From: Sulfobacillus acidophilus
GTDB lineage: Bacteria; Bacillota; Sulfobacillia; Sulfobacillales; Sulfobacillaceae
Direction of reading: 5' to 3'
Assembly: GCA_003023745.1 (NCBI GenBank)
Contig: PXYV01000020.1
Location: forward strand, 3,219 to 67,218
Length of the DNA stretch: 64,000 nt
The translations under genes and the position numbers were made by a program. Positions 38,487 to 47,925 of this stretch are shown in pieces; positions within the stretch are counted from its first letter, which is position 1; every line of letters begins with the position of its first letter. Below the pieces are notes generated by a model, which was given only the letters and a program-made list of their open reading frames with translations, was not told where the DNA came from and ran no database searches.

Positions 38487-39023
38487 AAAAATTCCCTCCA
38501 CCGCACAGTAATGGTGGGTAGTGAGTATAGAGAGGCTCTCGTAATCGACACAGGCCCAAGCCAAGAATCCCACATCTTAATCGTAAAGCAGGTGCGGGCG
38601 ACATGGCAACATTACATGATTATTAATTATGATTATTAAGTGCTCCATGTGAATTGCAGCAACTTGCGTCTATTTCCCAATTGCATTACTGGAGCGCTGC
38701 CGGTGTGTGCAACATTCTGGGAACAACGGCCGAATGTTTGGGCAGGATTGTGGTGGGCAGCAGACAACGGATGAATTCCGGGCGGCATTGGCGGGTCGGT
38801 GCGTGCCGCGGTCATGGCCCTAGCGGCAATAGCCCTACACTTAGCGCTGGTGAGACCTGAGATACCGCACTGCCACAAAAGAGTGCCGACCGTAGAAGGT
38901 ACCGGTGGGGATATCTTCTTCGATCGACGGGGTTGATGCGCGACGGTCGGTTCTCAATGAGACCCGGCACGCCGGGAGCTTTTGATGACTGTCATAGTGG
39001 GTCCGGTGTTAGCACGCCGAGAA

Positions 39024-40472
39024 TCAAACCCCGACTGAGACATCCTCTTCATGGACGCCTAAATGGTGTCCTCTGCTCGGGTCGATGTGCCGCGTTGCCC
39101 GGATGGCATAGATAATGGCGGGAGTGATGGCGAGTGCCCAAAAAACCGCAGCCCAGGCGAGTGGAAAGACAAAGGGCAAAAGCGACTCGTACAGAACAAA
39201 CCAGAAGAGTCCCATGGCCAGTACAGGGAGTGCCAGGTGAAAGACCACTTGACCCATGTTGCGTTCACCATGAGAAATACGCATAAGCGAAATATTCATT
39301 AACGTATGGGCCGTGACCAGACCGAATAACACGGCAGTCGTCAACACATTGAAAGCCTGTGCCGGGCCGAGCCAAAAACCGAATGCCAAGCCAATGACCA
39401 AGGCCGTCACCGCTAAGAATGTGACACTATTGACCGGGGCGCGCCGGCCGTTGACTTGGGCGAAGCTTGTCTGCAAGAGCTTGTCCCGGCCTACCGCGTA
39501 CAATACCCGAGCAGAACTGGTCAGCAAGGCTAAATCGTCCATCAGGGCGCTATTGATGGCCAACAGGACTAAGGCAATGGCTCCGACGGGACCCAGGTAA
39601 TGCAAATAGACGGTGACACCGGGAGCATTGGCCGTGGCAAAAGCCCCCATGTTCGCTTGGCCCCAACCGACGGTCAGTGCATAGGCCGCCAGGGTGAGGG
39701 CTGCGCCCACCAAGGTGAGCGATACAATCGCGGCCTTGCCAATGACACGACCTTTTTGTGTTTGAATGCCTTGAACTTTACTTTCTTCGCCTAGCGGAGC
39801 ATGGCTACCGACACCGATGAAACTGGTGATGGCAAATATCATGCCCATGGCAACACCCTTGACGCCAACGGACGCCATGTCAAAGGGGTGCAGCGGATGA
39901 ATGATGTGTGTGCGGCTGATGATGATGATCGCGGTGACAATCAGAAAAGCGATCTCGATACCACTGGTCACAACCAGTGTTTTGACCGTGGGACGAATGC
40001 CAAGGACCGTGAGAAGCCAGGGGACGCCAATAAAGAACAGAATCCCGACCAACCAGAACCAGCTCGGCAGCGTCAGACCCACCATGCGTGCCAGTCCCGG
40101 CAAAAATACGCCCGCGACATAAACGGGTACCCCGGCCACACTGACGGTTTGATAGAAGACGACCATGATGGCCGTCACTAGGGCGGCTGTGGGGCCTAAT
40201 CCGGTTGAGACGTACGCATAATAGCCGCCAGCCGAGTTACGGTGTTTGGAAAGGTGGTAAATCGTGTTCACTTCGATAAACATGAGGGCAAACGCCAAGA
40301 GATAGGACAACGGCAGTGCGACCAGCGCGAATGCTGCACCAGCTGTCATAAATGCGACGACATCGCAGGTAGGCGCCATGCCGGCCAAGCTCTGGCTGAC
40401 AAGGCCCCAGAAACTCACAACGTTGGGTTCAAGACCCTCGCTGTGTGATCCGGTATTCATCGCTGATGCCAT
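39024..40472 (-). CDS. APC-family amino acid/amine permease
   Basis: About 12 TMs; AGMAP, SAGGYYAYV, APLGEE, SARVLYAVGRD. Confidence 0.88.
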   Translation of the reverse strand: MASAMNTGSHSEGLEPNVVSFWGLVSQSLAGMAPTCDVVAFMTAGAAFALVALPLSYLLAFALMFIEVNTIYHLSKHRNSAGGYYAYVSTGLGPTAALVTAIMVVFYQTVSVAGVPVYVAGVFLPGLARMVGLTLPSWFWLVGILFFIGVPWLLTVLGIRPTVKTLVVTSGIEIAFLIVTAIIIISRTHIIHPLHPFDMASVGVKGVAMGMIFAITSFIGVGSHAPLGEESKVQGIQTQKGRVIGKAAIVSLTLVGAALTLAAYALTVGWGQANMGAFATANAPGVTVYLHYLGPVGAIALVLLAINSALMDDLALLTSSARVLYAVGRDKLLQTSFAQVNGRRAPVNSVTFLAVTALVIGLAFGFWLGPAQAFNVLTTAVLFGLVTAHTLMNISLMRISHGERNMGQVVFHLALPVLAMGLFWFVLYESLLPFVFPLAWAAVFWALAITPAIIYAIRATRHIDPSRGHHLGVHEEDVSVGV

Positions 40473-40977
40473 TTTGGGGCCCCTTTAACGAATTAACATC
40501 GCATATGCAACAAATTTGCATGTGTAATTAAATTACCATGGACGGTTGATGTGGTCAAGAGGCTTAAGATGGTTTGTTATCGTGCCTGACAGGTGCGGTT
40601 GGGGCGGAGTGGAGCCGCGCTCGGCGCGAAGGCTGGCAGCTATGGAGAAGTGAGGGGCGTGCGTGCCCAAAGTCCCTGTGGTGTATAGACTGTATGGACA
40701 ACGGCATGGAAACAGGTGGACGGATCAGCTGGCGATGTTGGAGACAGGAATGGACGATGGGGGCCAATTCTAGGCGCGGCCATACGATGCCGACGTTCAA
40801 TCCTTGCCATCTCGGCCAGAGATTTTGTTCCTTCCCAGATCATGCATCTAATGACATGTCGCGGGTACGAGATGCCCTGGTTTGATATCGTCATGTACCA
40901 CCATCATGAGTGGTTCCAGCCAGGATTAATCCCAGAATTATATTGATAATTAGCGAAACCGCGATTAGAATAATAAT

Positions 40978-40991
40978 CGTAAACGCTTTCA
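40978..40991. promoter_or_regulatory. LacI-family / cre-like operator 1
   Basis: CGTAAACGCTTTCA, CG-centred palindrome. Confidence 0.6.
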
Positions 40992-41087
40992 ATCAAGGGC
41001 GCGAAAACTAGGATTCGTTACGGGCATATTTCGCCATTTTTCTCTAAAAATCTTGGGATATTTTGATACCAAGGTAAATATGTTTAG

Positions 41088-41101
41088 GGAAAGCGATTAC
41101 A
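41088..41101. promoter_or_regulatory. LacI-family / cre-like operator 2
   Basis: GGAAAGCGATTACA; its 12-bp core is the reverse complement of operator 1 with one mismatch. Confidence 0.6.
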
Positions 41102-41159
41102 ATAACGCCTCAACAATCGCACGAAAGTAGCGATGCGAAGGGAAGGGGAGTGAATTGCA

Positions 41160-42509
41160 ATGTCGTTAACGTCTCAAACAGTTCAGTTCGGCGATTTGCC
41201 ATTAAGCAAATTTGTTCGACGGCTGACGTTTTTGTCGGCAATGGGTGTATTCTTGGATGGATACAACCTCTCGATTATTGCTGCTGCTTTACTTTTTATC
41301 AAACCTCTTTTTCATCCGACATCGGTACAATTAGGATTCATTGGATCGGCGGCCGTGCTTGGTATGCTGGTTGGTGCCCTCGTGTTCGGCAATCTTACCG
41401 ATCGATTTGGACGACGCACTATGTATCTGTTCGATCTCTTGTTCTTTATCGTTTTTGCCATTTTATCCGCACTTTCGCAAAATATTTGGGAACTCATCAT
41501 CTTTCGTTTTTTGTTGGGCATTGGACTTGGAGCCGACTATCCCATCTCGTCGACGTTGACGGCGGAATTTGCACCGACAAAACGGCGGGGCCTTCTTCTT
41601 GTATTTACGATCGGGGCTTGGCCGGCGGGGGCGACTGTGGCGTATTTGGTCAGTCTAGCGCTGCTACACACAGGGCCCAATGCCTGGCGATTTATGCTGG
41701 GTTCGGGCGCTGTGATTGCGCTGCTGGTGATGTGGGCTCGGCGTGCCATTCCGGAGTCTCCTCGATGGCTGGCCGCATCTGGACACCAAGATCGAGCGTT
41801 GGATGTAGCTACACGCATAGCGAAGGACTCAGGCGTTATGCTGGACCCCGATCAGCCTGAATTGGCACCGGTGGGTCTCAGACGGCTGGCATCGTTCAAA
41901 CAATTATTTAGCCCGGCACTTATCCGCATGACGCTTTTTGTAAGCTTGGGGTGGTTCTTATTCGACATCGGCTCGTACGGCACATCGACATTTTTGCCGA
42001 CCATTCTGAAGGACATTAAAGGAACATCGACAACCGACTCGCTGCTCGCGTCGACTGGGGTGTGGTTGTTGACGCTCATTGTCATGTTTGGTGTGGCCGC
42101 ATTGGTTGAGGTGTTTGGGCGCAAGTGGTTTCAGACATGGGGATTTGTAGCGCTAGCGATTGTCTTTTTTCTCATGGGAATCATTAGCCATATACCCTTT
42201 ACTGCTTTTGTCATCCTTTATCTATTATGGGCTATAGCCAATGAGATACCAGGTACCCTGACGTACGTCTTTGCAGGGGAGTTGTTCCCGACGTCTGTCC
42301 GCGCCAGCGGCCACGGATTTGCGACAGCCAGCTCCCGATTCGGGGCATTCTTGGGGACTTTGGTTTTTCCTATCATTATTGCAGCAGTTGGTCTTGGCAC
42401 CGGTTTTGTCATCTTCGCTATCTTAAACCTTTTGGGTGCGCTAGTTACGGCGTGGCTTGCGCCCGAACCGAAAGGCCGGGCGTTGCCCCAGGAAGTCATG
42501 CAATCCTAA
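41160..42509 (+). CDS. MFS transporter (sugar porter-like)
   Basis: FLDGYNL, GNLTDRFGRR, GADYP, AEFAPTKRRG, PESPRWL, ELFPTSVRA. Confidence 0.92.
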   Translation: MSLTSQTVQFGDLPLSKFVRRLTFLSAMGVFLDGYNLSIIAAALLFIKPLFHPTSVQLGFIGSAAVLGMLVGALVFGNLTDRFGRRTMYLFDLLFFIVFAILSALSQNIWELIIFRFLLGIGLGADYPISSTLTAEFAPTKRRGLLLVFTIGAWPAGATVAYLVSLALLHTGPNAWRFMLGSGAVIALLVMWARRAIPESPRWLAASGHQDRALDVATRIAKDSGVMLDPDQPELAPVGLRRLASFKQLFSPALIRMTLFVSLGWFLFDIGSYGTSTFLPTILKDIKGTSTTDSLLASTGVWLLTLIVMFGVAALVEVFGRKWFQTWGFVALAIVFFLMGIISHIPFTAFVILYLLWAIANEIPGTLTYVFAGELFPTSVRASGHGFATASSRFGAFLGTLVFPIIIAAVGLGTGFVIFAILNLLGALVTAWLAPEPKGRALPQEVMQS

Positions 42510-42653
42510 AATTGACGCATAGTCGTGGCACAGACGACGTTGATTGGCCTCAAAGCATTATGATGTAGACACAGCTCGGGTCTGTAAGCCTAGTCGCGGG
42601 CTTCAGCCCGGGCTATCTTTGAAGGTTGCGCATAAGGCAGGCGAAAAATTGTC

Positions 42654-43445
42654 GTGAGATTTCTGTTAACCAATGATGATGGCGTTCGAGCGCCCGGCAT
42701 TCAATCGGTGTTCAAAGCGCTCTGTGAGGATCATGACCTGGTCATTGTCGCGCCGCGGGAACAGCGCTCGGCTGCTAGTCAAAGTTTTACGTTTGGTGCC
42801 TCCTATACCGTGCAGAAAGTTGGCGAGAGCGTTTACCAGTGTAGCGGATCACCTACTGACTGCGTTATGTTTGGAATTGCGGAATTGGGGCCATTTGATG
42901 CGGTCGTTTCGGGAATGAACCAAGGAGCTAATGTGGCCTGGGACATCTGGTATTCGGGTACGGTAGGAGCAGCTTTTGAGGCGGCGCGCCGTCAAGTGCC
43001 CGCAATTGCGCTGTCCCTGAATGTGCTGCCTGATGACCCGATGAATGCCTCATCACACCAGTACATTGCCGCTTGCCAACAGTTTGCTCGTTATGTCCGT
43101 CACTCGCTCGTTGAAGTCATCAAGCCAGGCATGCTAGTCAATCTTAACTTTCCTAATTCCAAGACGCTGATGGAAAGGACACCACAGGTGGCGATGCTGG
43201 GCACCTATCCTTTTAATCGCCAGGTGTTGGTACGTGATGCGAACGCGCAGCGGGAGGAGTGGAACGCGCACATTGAACACCATGAGCGAAACGTTGAAGG
43301 CGCATTGACTCAACCCGAAAGCGACGGTGCGTTATTGCGTTTTGGGCCGACCATGACGCTTTTAGGAGCTCAGTGGCACGTCTGCCAGGAGTCTGAGCAA
43401 CGACATCTGAAGGAGTGGCTTTTACATGGAGGAGGTCTCTTATGA
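42654..43445 (+). CDS. surE: SurE-family 5'/3'-nucleotidase / phosphatase
   Basis: LLTNDDG, VAP..QRSAAS, GSPTDCV, SGMNQGAN, YSGTVGAAFEA. Confidence 0.9.
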   Translation: MRFLLTNDDGVRAPGIQSVFKALCEDHDLVIVAPREQRSAASQSFTFGASYTVQKVGESVYQCSGSPTDCVMFGIAELGPFDAVVSGMNQGANVAWDIWYSGTVGAAFEAARRQVPAIALSLNVLPDDPMNASSHQYIAACQQFARYVRHSLVEVIKPGMLVNLNFPNSKTLMERTPQVAMLGTYPFNRQVLVRDANAQREEWNAHIEHHERNVEGALTQPESDGALLRFGPTMTLLGAQWHVCQESEQRHLKEWLLHGGGLL

Positions 43446-43557
43446 AGTTAGGCGAACTTACACGGTTTTTAGGAAACCCGGTGACACTACGGCAAGAGAA
43501 CAAGGTTTTGGTCAGTTAATTACCAAGAGCGATTGCGCGCAGGAGTTTTAAACAACG

Positions 43558-44607
43558 ATGCCAAAATCAGACCAGTGGACGATGAAAGACGTGGCGCAGT
43601 TAGCCGGGGTTTCGATTGCGACCGTGTCCCGGGTTTTGAACCATCCCGAGCAAGTGAACCGAAAAACTATTGAGCGGGTTAAGGCCGCGCTCGACTCTGT
43701 GTCGTACAGCCCTAATGGGTGGGCTCAGGCAACGGCGCGGACCGGTCCACCTTTAGTCGGGTTGGTATTGCCTGATATTTTAAATCCATTTTTTGCTGCG
43801 GTTTATGTGGGGATGAACGAAGTCTTGCGTGCGCAAGGCATTACACTGTGGATGGCGGATAGTCAAAATCGCGTTGATTACGAGCGGGAAGCGTTGGAGA
43901 CATTGCAACGCTACCGTGCACAAGGGATTGTACTCATCCCCACACACTCCTCGGCCAATCTGGCCACAGTGTATAAAATGGATGCAGCCGTCTGCGTGGT
44001 CGATCGCAAATTACAAGACAACGCATGGGATTTGGTGGTCATAGACAATTTGTTGGGGGGACGCCAAGCAACCCAGCTTTTAATCGATGCCGGACACACC
44101 CGTATTGCCATCATAACCGGTCCCGAAGCGTCCACATCGGCCAACGACCGATATCGCGGCTATCTGTCGGCAATGGAGCAAAATGGGCTGACTGTTCCGG
44201 AAGAATACGTGAAGGTGGGTGACTTTAAGCAATTTAGTGGATTTGCCTTAGGACAAGCCTTGTTGCAACTGCCCGAACGGCCCACTGCTATTTTTAGTTG
44301 TAACAATCTAATGACGATGGGGTTGCTTGAGGCAATTCGCGCCAGCAGCGGATTGGACTTAGGGTTAGGGGTCGCCGTTGTCGGATTTGATGAAATTCCA
44401 ATTGCCACACTGGTCAAACCTCCTCTTACTGTGGTTGCCTCGCCCGTAAAAGAGTTAGGTGTGCAAGCGGTGCGGCTCATTTTGGAACGCATTGAAAATC
44501 CGGAAAAAGGGCGCGAGACGGTGTTGCTTCCCCCCCAACTCATGATTCGCGGTTCCGAACGCTTGACAAAAAGTTCCCAGTCAGTCACTACAAGCTCCAG
44601 CCAGTGA
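43558..44607 (+). CDS. LacI-family transcriptional regulator
   Basis: TMKDVAQLAGVSIATVSRVLN HTH, GHTRIA, VVGFDE. Confidence 0.95.
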   Translation: MPKSDQWTMKDVAQLAGVSIATVSRVLNHPEQVNRKTIERVKAALDSVSYSPNGWAQATARTGPPLVGLVLPDILNPFFAAVYVGMNEVLRAQGITLWMADSQNRVDYEREALETLQRYRAQGIVLIPTHSSANLATVYKMDAAVCVVDRKLQDNAWDLVVIDNLLGGRQATQLLIDAGHTRIAIITGPEASTSANDRYRGYLSAMEQNGLTVPEEYVKVGDFKQFSGFALGQALLQLPERPTAIFSCNNLMTMGLLEAIRASSGLDLGLGVAVVGFDEIPIATLVKPPLTVVASPVKELGVQAVRLILERIENPEKGRETVLLPPQLMIRGSERLTKSSQSVTTSSSQ

Positions 44608-45085
44608 CCACGATAGCGTGCAGAGAAAGCTCTCCGAGATTCTACCGCGCATAAGAGCGCGTCATCGCACACTACGACCTCGATCCCTTGAGAAGGGGTT
44701 GAAAGTATGAATATAGGTGCCGGTGGTAGTAGGGACCGTCTCAGTGTTGAGATGTGCATGAATTACTGCCAACAGCGAAATAGCGCAACTTGATATTGGC
44801 ACGAACCCTATCCACAAGATCGCTAGGCAATCACTTTGCCCCGCTAGTATTATGATGTCTGGGGGCGGGTGTTGGCTGTTAGGATCCAAGCGGGCCAGGT
44901 GCCAATGCTCTGCTCGCACCGGCGTTGCTCATATGCCCGTGAGTGGCTTGGCCCGGCTTGGCGCGACGGATATGCTAGCGCCCAGCCCAATCAACCGGTG
45001 CGTCTTTAGATGATGTCGGCATTTGATATTTGGATGGCAGTACAGACGGTGGATGGGAACCGGCAGCGAGGAGCGATTGCCAGGT

Positions 45086-45967
45086 GTGAAAGTTGGGACA
45101 AACGGCCTTTTGTATATCGTGCTGATTGTGGTCTGGGGTGTAGTATGGCCACTATCCAAAGTAGCTTTGGACGCGTGTCCGCCGGTCTTGTTTGCCGGCT
45201 TGCGGGTGTTGTTAAGCGGGATTGTGCTTTTGCCATTTGCCGTGCGGCATCTGACGCGTGAAGCACTTCGCGTCAATTTGGTGTTAGCGCTTTTAAATGT
45301 TTTTCTGTTTTACGGATTGCAAAATCTGGCGCTGCAGCATGCGCCTGCGGGACTCGTGTCTATTTTGGTGTACATTCAGCCTGTCGTGACGGTGTTGCTG
45401 GCGAGACTTTGGCTGAATGAAGGGCTCAATGCCATAAAATTGGCCGGCGTGGTATTAGGCTTCGTCGGAGTCGGACTGATCAGTCTTGATCAAGTGCGAG
45501 GCCACCACGCTGATGCACTCGGGGCATTGCTTGCTTTGATGGCAGGATTGTCGTGGGCGCTAGGGACGGTGGTGTACAAGAAGTACCGCACGAGGCCCCA
45601 CCCCATTCAAGACATGGGGATTCAACTGATGGTGGGTGGGGTGTTGTTGCTGGGGCTCGGCAGTTTGACAGAACGATGGGCTCTAATTGCCTGGTCGGGC
45701 CCATTCCTGGGAGAATTGGCCTTTGTAGGATTGTTGGGTACCGCCTTGGCCTGGATTATCTGGTCTCGTCTATTGCACAGCGCAGATGCGTCGCGTGTGG
45801 CGACCTGGACATTTTTGGTGCCCATTTTAGCGACGATTCTGTCGGTCCTATGGCTAAAGGAAACATTGACCGCGACCGTGTGGGTTGGCGGGGCTTTTGT
45901 CATGCTGGGATTGTATGGTGTCAACGGTGTGCCCCTTAGACGCGCAATTGCGGGTCGTCAGCCATGA
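45086..45967 (+). CDS. EamA/DMT-family transporter
   Basis: WGVVWP.SK, about 10 TMs in two repeats, FLVPI, WLKE; start uncertain (ORF open from 45023). Confidence 0.88.
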   Translation: MKVGTNGLLYIVLIVVWGVVWPLSKVALDACPPVLFAGLRVLLSGIVLLPFAVRHLTREALRVNLVLALLNVFLFYGLQNLALQHAPAGLVSILVYIQPVVTVLLARLWLNEGLNAIKLAGVVLGFVGVGLISLDQVRGHHADALGALLALMAGLSWALGTVVYKKYRTRPHPIQDMGIQLMVGGVLLLGLGSLTERWALIAWSGPFLGELAFVGLLGTALAWIIWSRLLHSADASRVATWTFLVPILATILSVLWLKETLTATVWVGGAFVMLGLYGVNGVPLRRAIAGRQP

Positions 45968-46042
45968 CGACTTGCACAGGGGCCGAGGCAGCAACGCCTA
46001 ACTAAACGCTGCCAGGCGGCGTGAAAGCTGTCATTGCGGAAG

Positions 46043-47329
46043 CTAGTCGGGATGGACTTGCGTGAGGGCGGGGCGGGATTGCAAAATGGCTGGCCTAAGC
46101 GGTATGAAAAACAGAATGGATGCGATCAGTCGCCAAATGGTGGAAAGCAGCATCGTACCATCCATCCCCAGCGCGGGCAAAAGGTATACGCCTAATTCCG
46201 GGGACAAAAACGCGACCAAGCCTAAAACTACGTTGTAAAATGCAATTGCCGCGGATCGATCCGCAACAGGAGATGCGTGCAACAATTCGGTAAACAACAA
46301 CAGCGTCATTCCTGACGCAAATAACCCGCTATAGAGATTCACTGCCGTGAGATACCATAAATTGGGGCTTAGAATGGTTAACAGCGGGACCAAGCCGATA
46401 CCTAATCCCGAGAATCCCATCGTCACAAGTCCGCCTCTTTTTTGTGCGAACTTTCCCCACCAGCGAAATGTGACAATCTCTGTAGCTTGGGTCGCGATGG
46501 TAAAAAGCCCGATCCAGAGTCCTGTTGCGTGCGCGGTTTTGATTTGATAGATGCTGAAGAGCGGCCAGCTAAGCTGCCAGCCAAAGTTGAAGAATGCGGC
46601 TAAAAGAACATAGCGACGAAAACGGGGAACAGTCCAAAGGTCAGTCCAGACGCGCCAACGCATGGGTCGTGGACGCTCTCCACCCAGCGGTTCACGGTGA
46701 CGCACGAGGTAACTAACTTCGATAACGCCCAAGACGCCAGCGACAACAAACAGCACCCGGTAGGGAACGGGCCAGTCCGGGTTGAAGAATTGCAAAGCGA
46801 TCCCGATCACAATGGTACCGCCGAGTCCGACAATCGTGATCAAGGCATAACGGTGCCCGAAGAAATTTTCCCTAAGACCTGACGGGATCAATTTGGCCAT
46901 CAGAGCCTGCCAACCGAGCGTACCCAGCGTTTGGGGCACACTGCCAATGGAATAGACTGCCACGATGAGTGAATTGGCGGTGGCGGCCGACGCCGGGACA
47001 GCCGCCATAAGCAGATAGCTCAAGCGGGCACCCAAATAGTTGAGGACACTGAAATTGCGGTATCTAAACAGGCGAGGCACCCAAACCGCTCCAATGAGCG
47101 ATCCCAGCAGCCCAGCAAGGGCGGGAAGTGCATTGAGCCATCCGATGATTTGATTGCTGGCATGGAGCGCGTCGATCAGATAGAGAGGGACGAAGGTGCT
47201 CACAATGCCCGTGGCCACGGTGCCGAACGCGCCATTGAGGATTGAATGGCGCATATTTGTGCGCAAATTTTCAAAACGTGCGGGATTGGGCGAAATACGG
47301 GTCCCTTCTTTCGGCAAAACTGCTCTCAT
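46043..47329 (-). CDS. MFS transporter
   Basis: About 12 TMs; WQALMAKLIP..LR, WGKFAQKRG. Confidence 0.85.
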   Translation of the reverse strand: MRAVLPKEGTRISPNPARFENLRTNMRHSILNGAFGTVATGIVSTFVPLYLIDALHASNQIIGWLNALPALAGLLGSLIGAVWVPRLFRYRNFSVLNYLGARLSYLLMAAVPASAATANSLIVAVYSIGSVPQTLGTLGWQALMAKLIPSGLRENFFGHRYALITIVGLGGTIVIGIALQFFNPDWPVPYRVLFVVAGVLGVIEVSYLVRHREPLGGERPRPMRWRVWTDLWTVPRFRRYVLLAAFFNFGWQLSWPLFSIYQIKTAHATGLWIGLFTIATQATEIVTFRWWGKFAQKRGGLVTMGFSGLGIGLVPLLTILSPNLWYLTAVNLYSGLFASGMTLLLFTELLHASPVADRSAAIAFYNVVLGLVAFLSPELGVYLLPALGMDGTMLLSTIWRLIASILFFIPLRPAILQSRPALTQVHPD

Positions 47330-47439
47330 TATGGGGCGATGCCCCGATTTTTACTAGCGATTGAACGAGGGATGGCCAAAAAATTTTTGTGGGTGCTGCT
47401 CGGGCTAAAACGACCTTATCGCAGTGAGGTTGGTCGCGC

Positions 47440-47892
47440 CTACGTCGACTCCAGAGTACTTGGCCATAAGGTCTCGTCCAAAGTCATGCCGCGGGCATGA
47501 CGGACAAACCCCAGCTTCGTGTAGAATTCCTCTTTGCCATCTGCGGCAAAGAGGGCGATAAAGGCCAGACCCTGCCCTAAAAACGGAGTGACTGCCGCCT
47601 GCATGATAAGGCGACCGATACCCTGACGCTGATAATCGGGGTCGACGATGACATCCCAGATCGTGGCATAGTAAACCCCGTCCGTAATCACTCGCGCCGT
47701 CGCTACCAGCTTCTCGCCGTCCCAAGCATGCACGAACAGATGCGTTTGAGCGATGGCCTGTGTGATCGCGGCGAGCGTGCGATTTTGAGAAAATGCGACC
47801 TTATCCCACAAACTCTTAACGGTTTGGGCAGAAATTACTTTCCCTGTTTGAACGGTGATCATAGCATCTCTCTTTGTGGATATATTTTCCAT
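47440..47892 (-). CDS. GNAT-family N-acetyltransferase
   Basis: IWDVIVDPDYQRQGIG, FYTKLGF; ATG 47862 is an alternative start. Confidence 0.9.
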   Translation of the reverse strand: MENISTKRDAMITVQTGKVISAQTVKSLWDKVAFSQNRTLAAITQAIAQTHLFVHAWDGEKLVATARVITDGVYYATIWDVIVDPDYQRQGIGRLIMQAAVTPFLGQGLAFIALFAADGKEEFYTKLGFVRHARGMTLDETLWPSTLEST

Positions 47893-47925
47893 ATTCCGCG
47901 CATAAGGTGTCCAAGGGGGATGGCG

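Noticed and set aside
40574-40946. Small ORFs between the APC permease and the MFS gene
   Set aside because: No recognisable motifs, several overlapping alternatives and no clear RBS.
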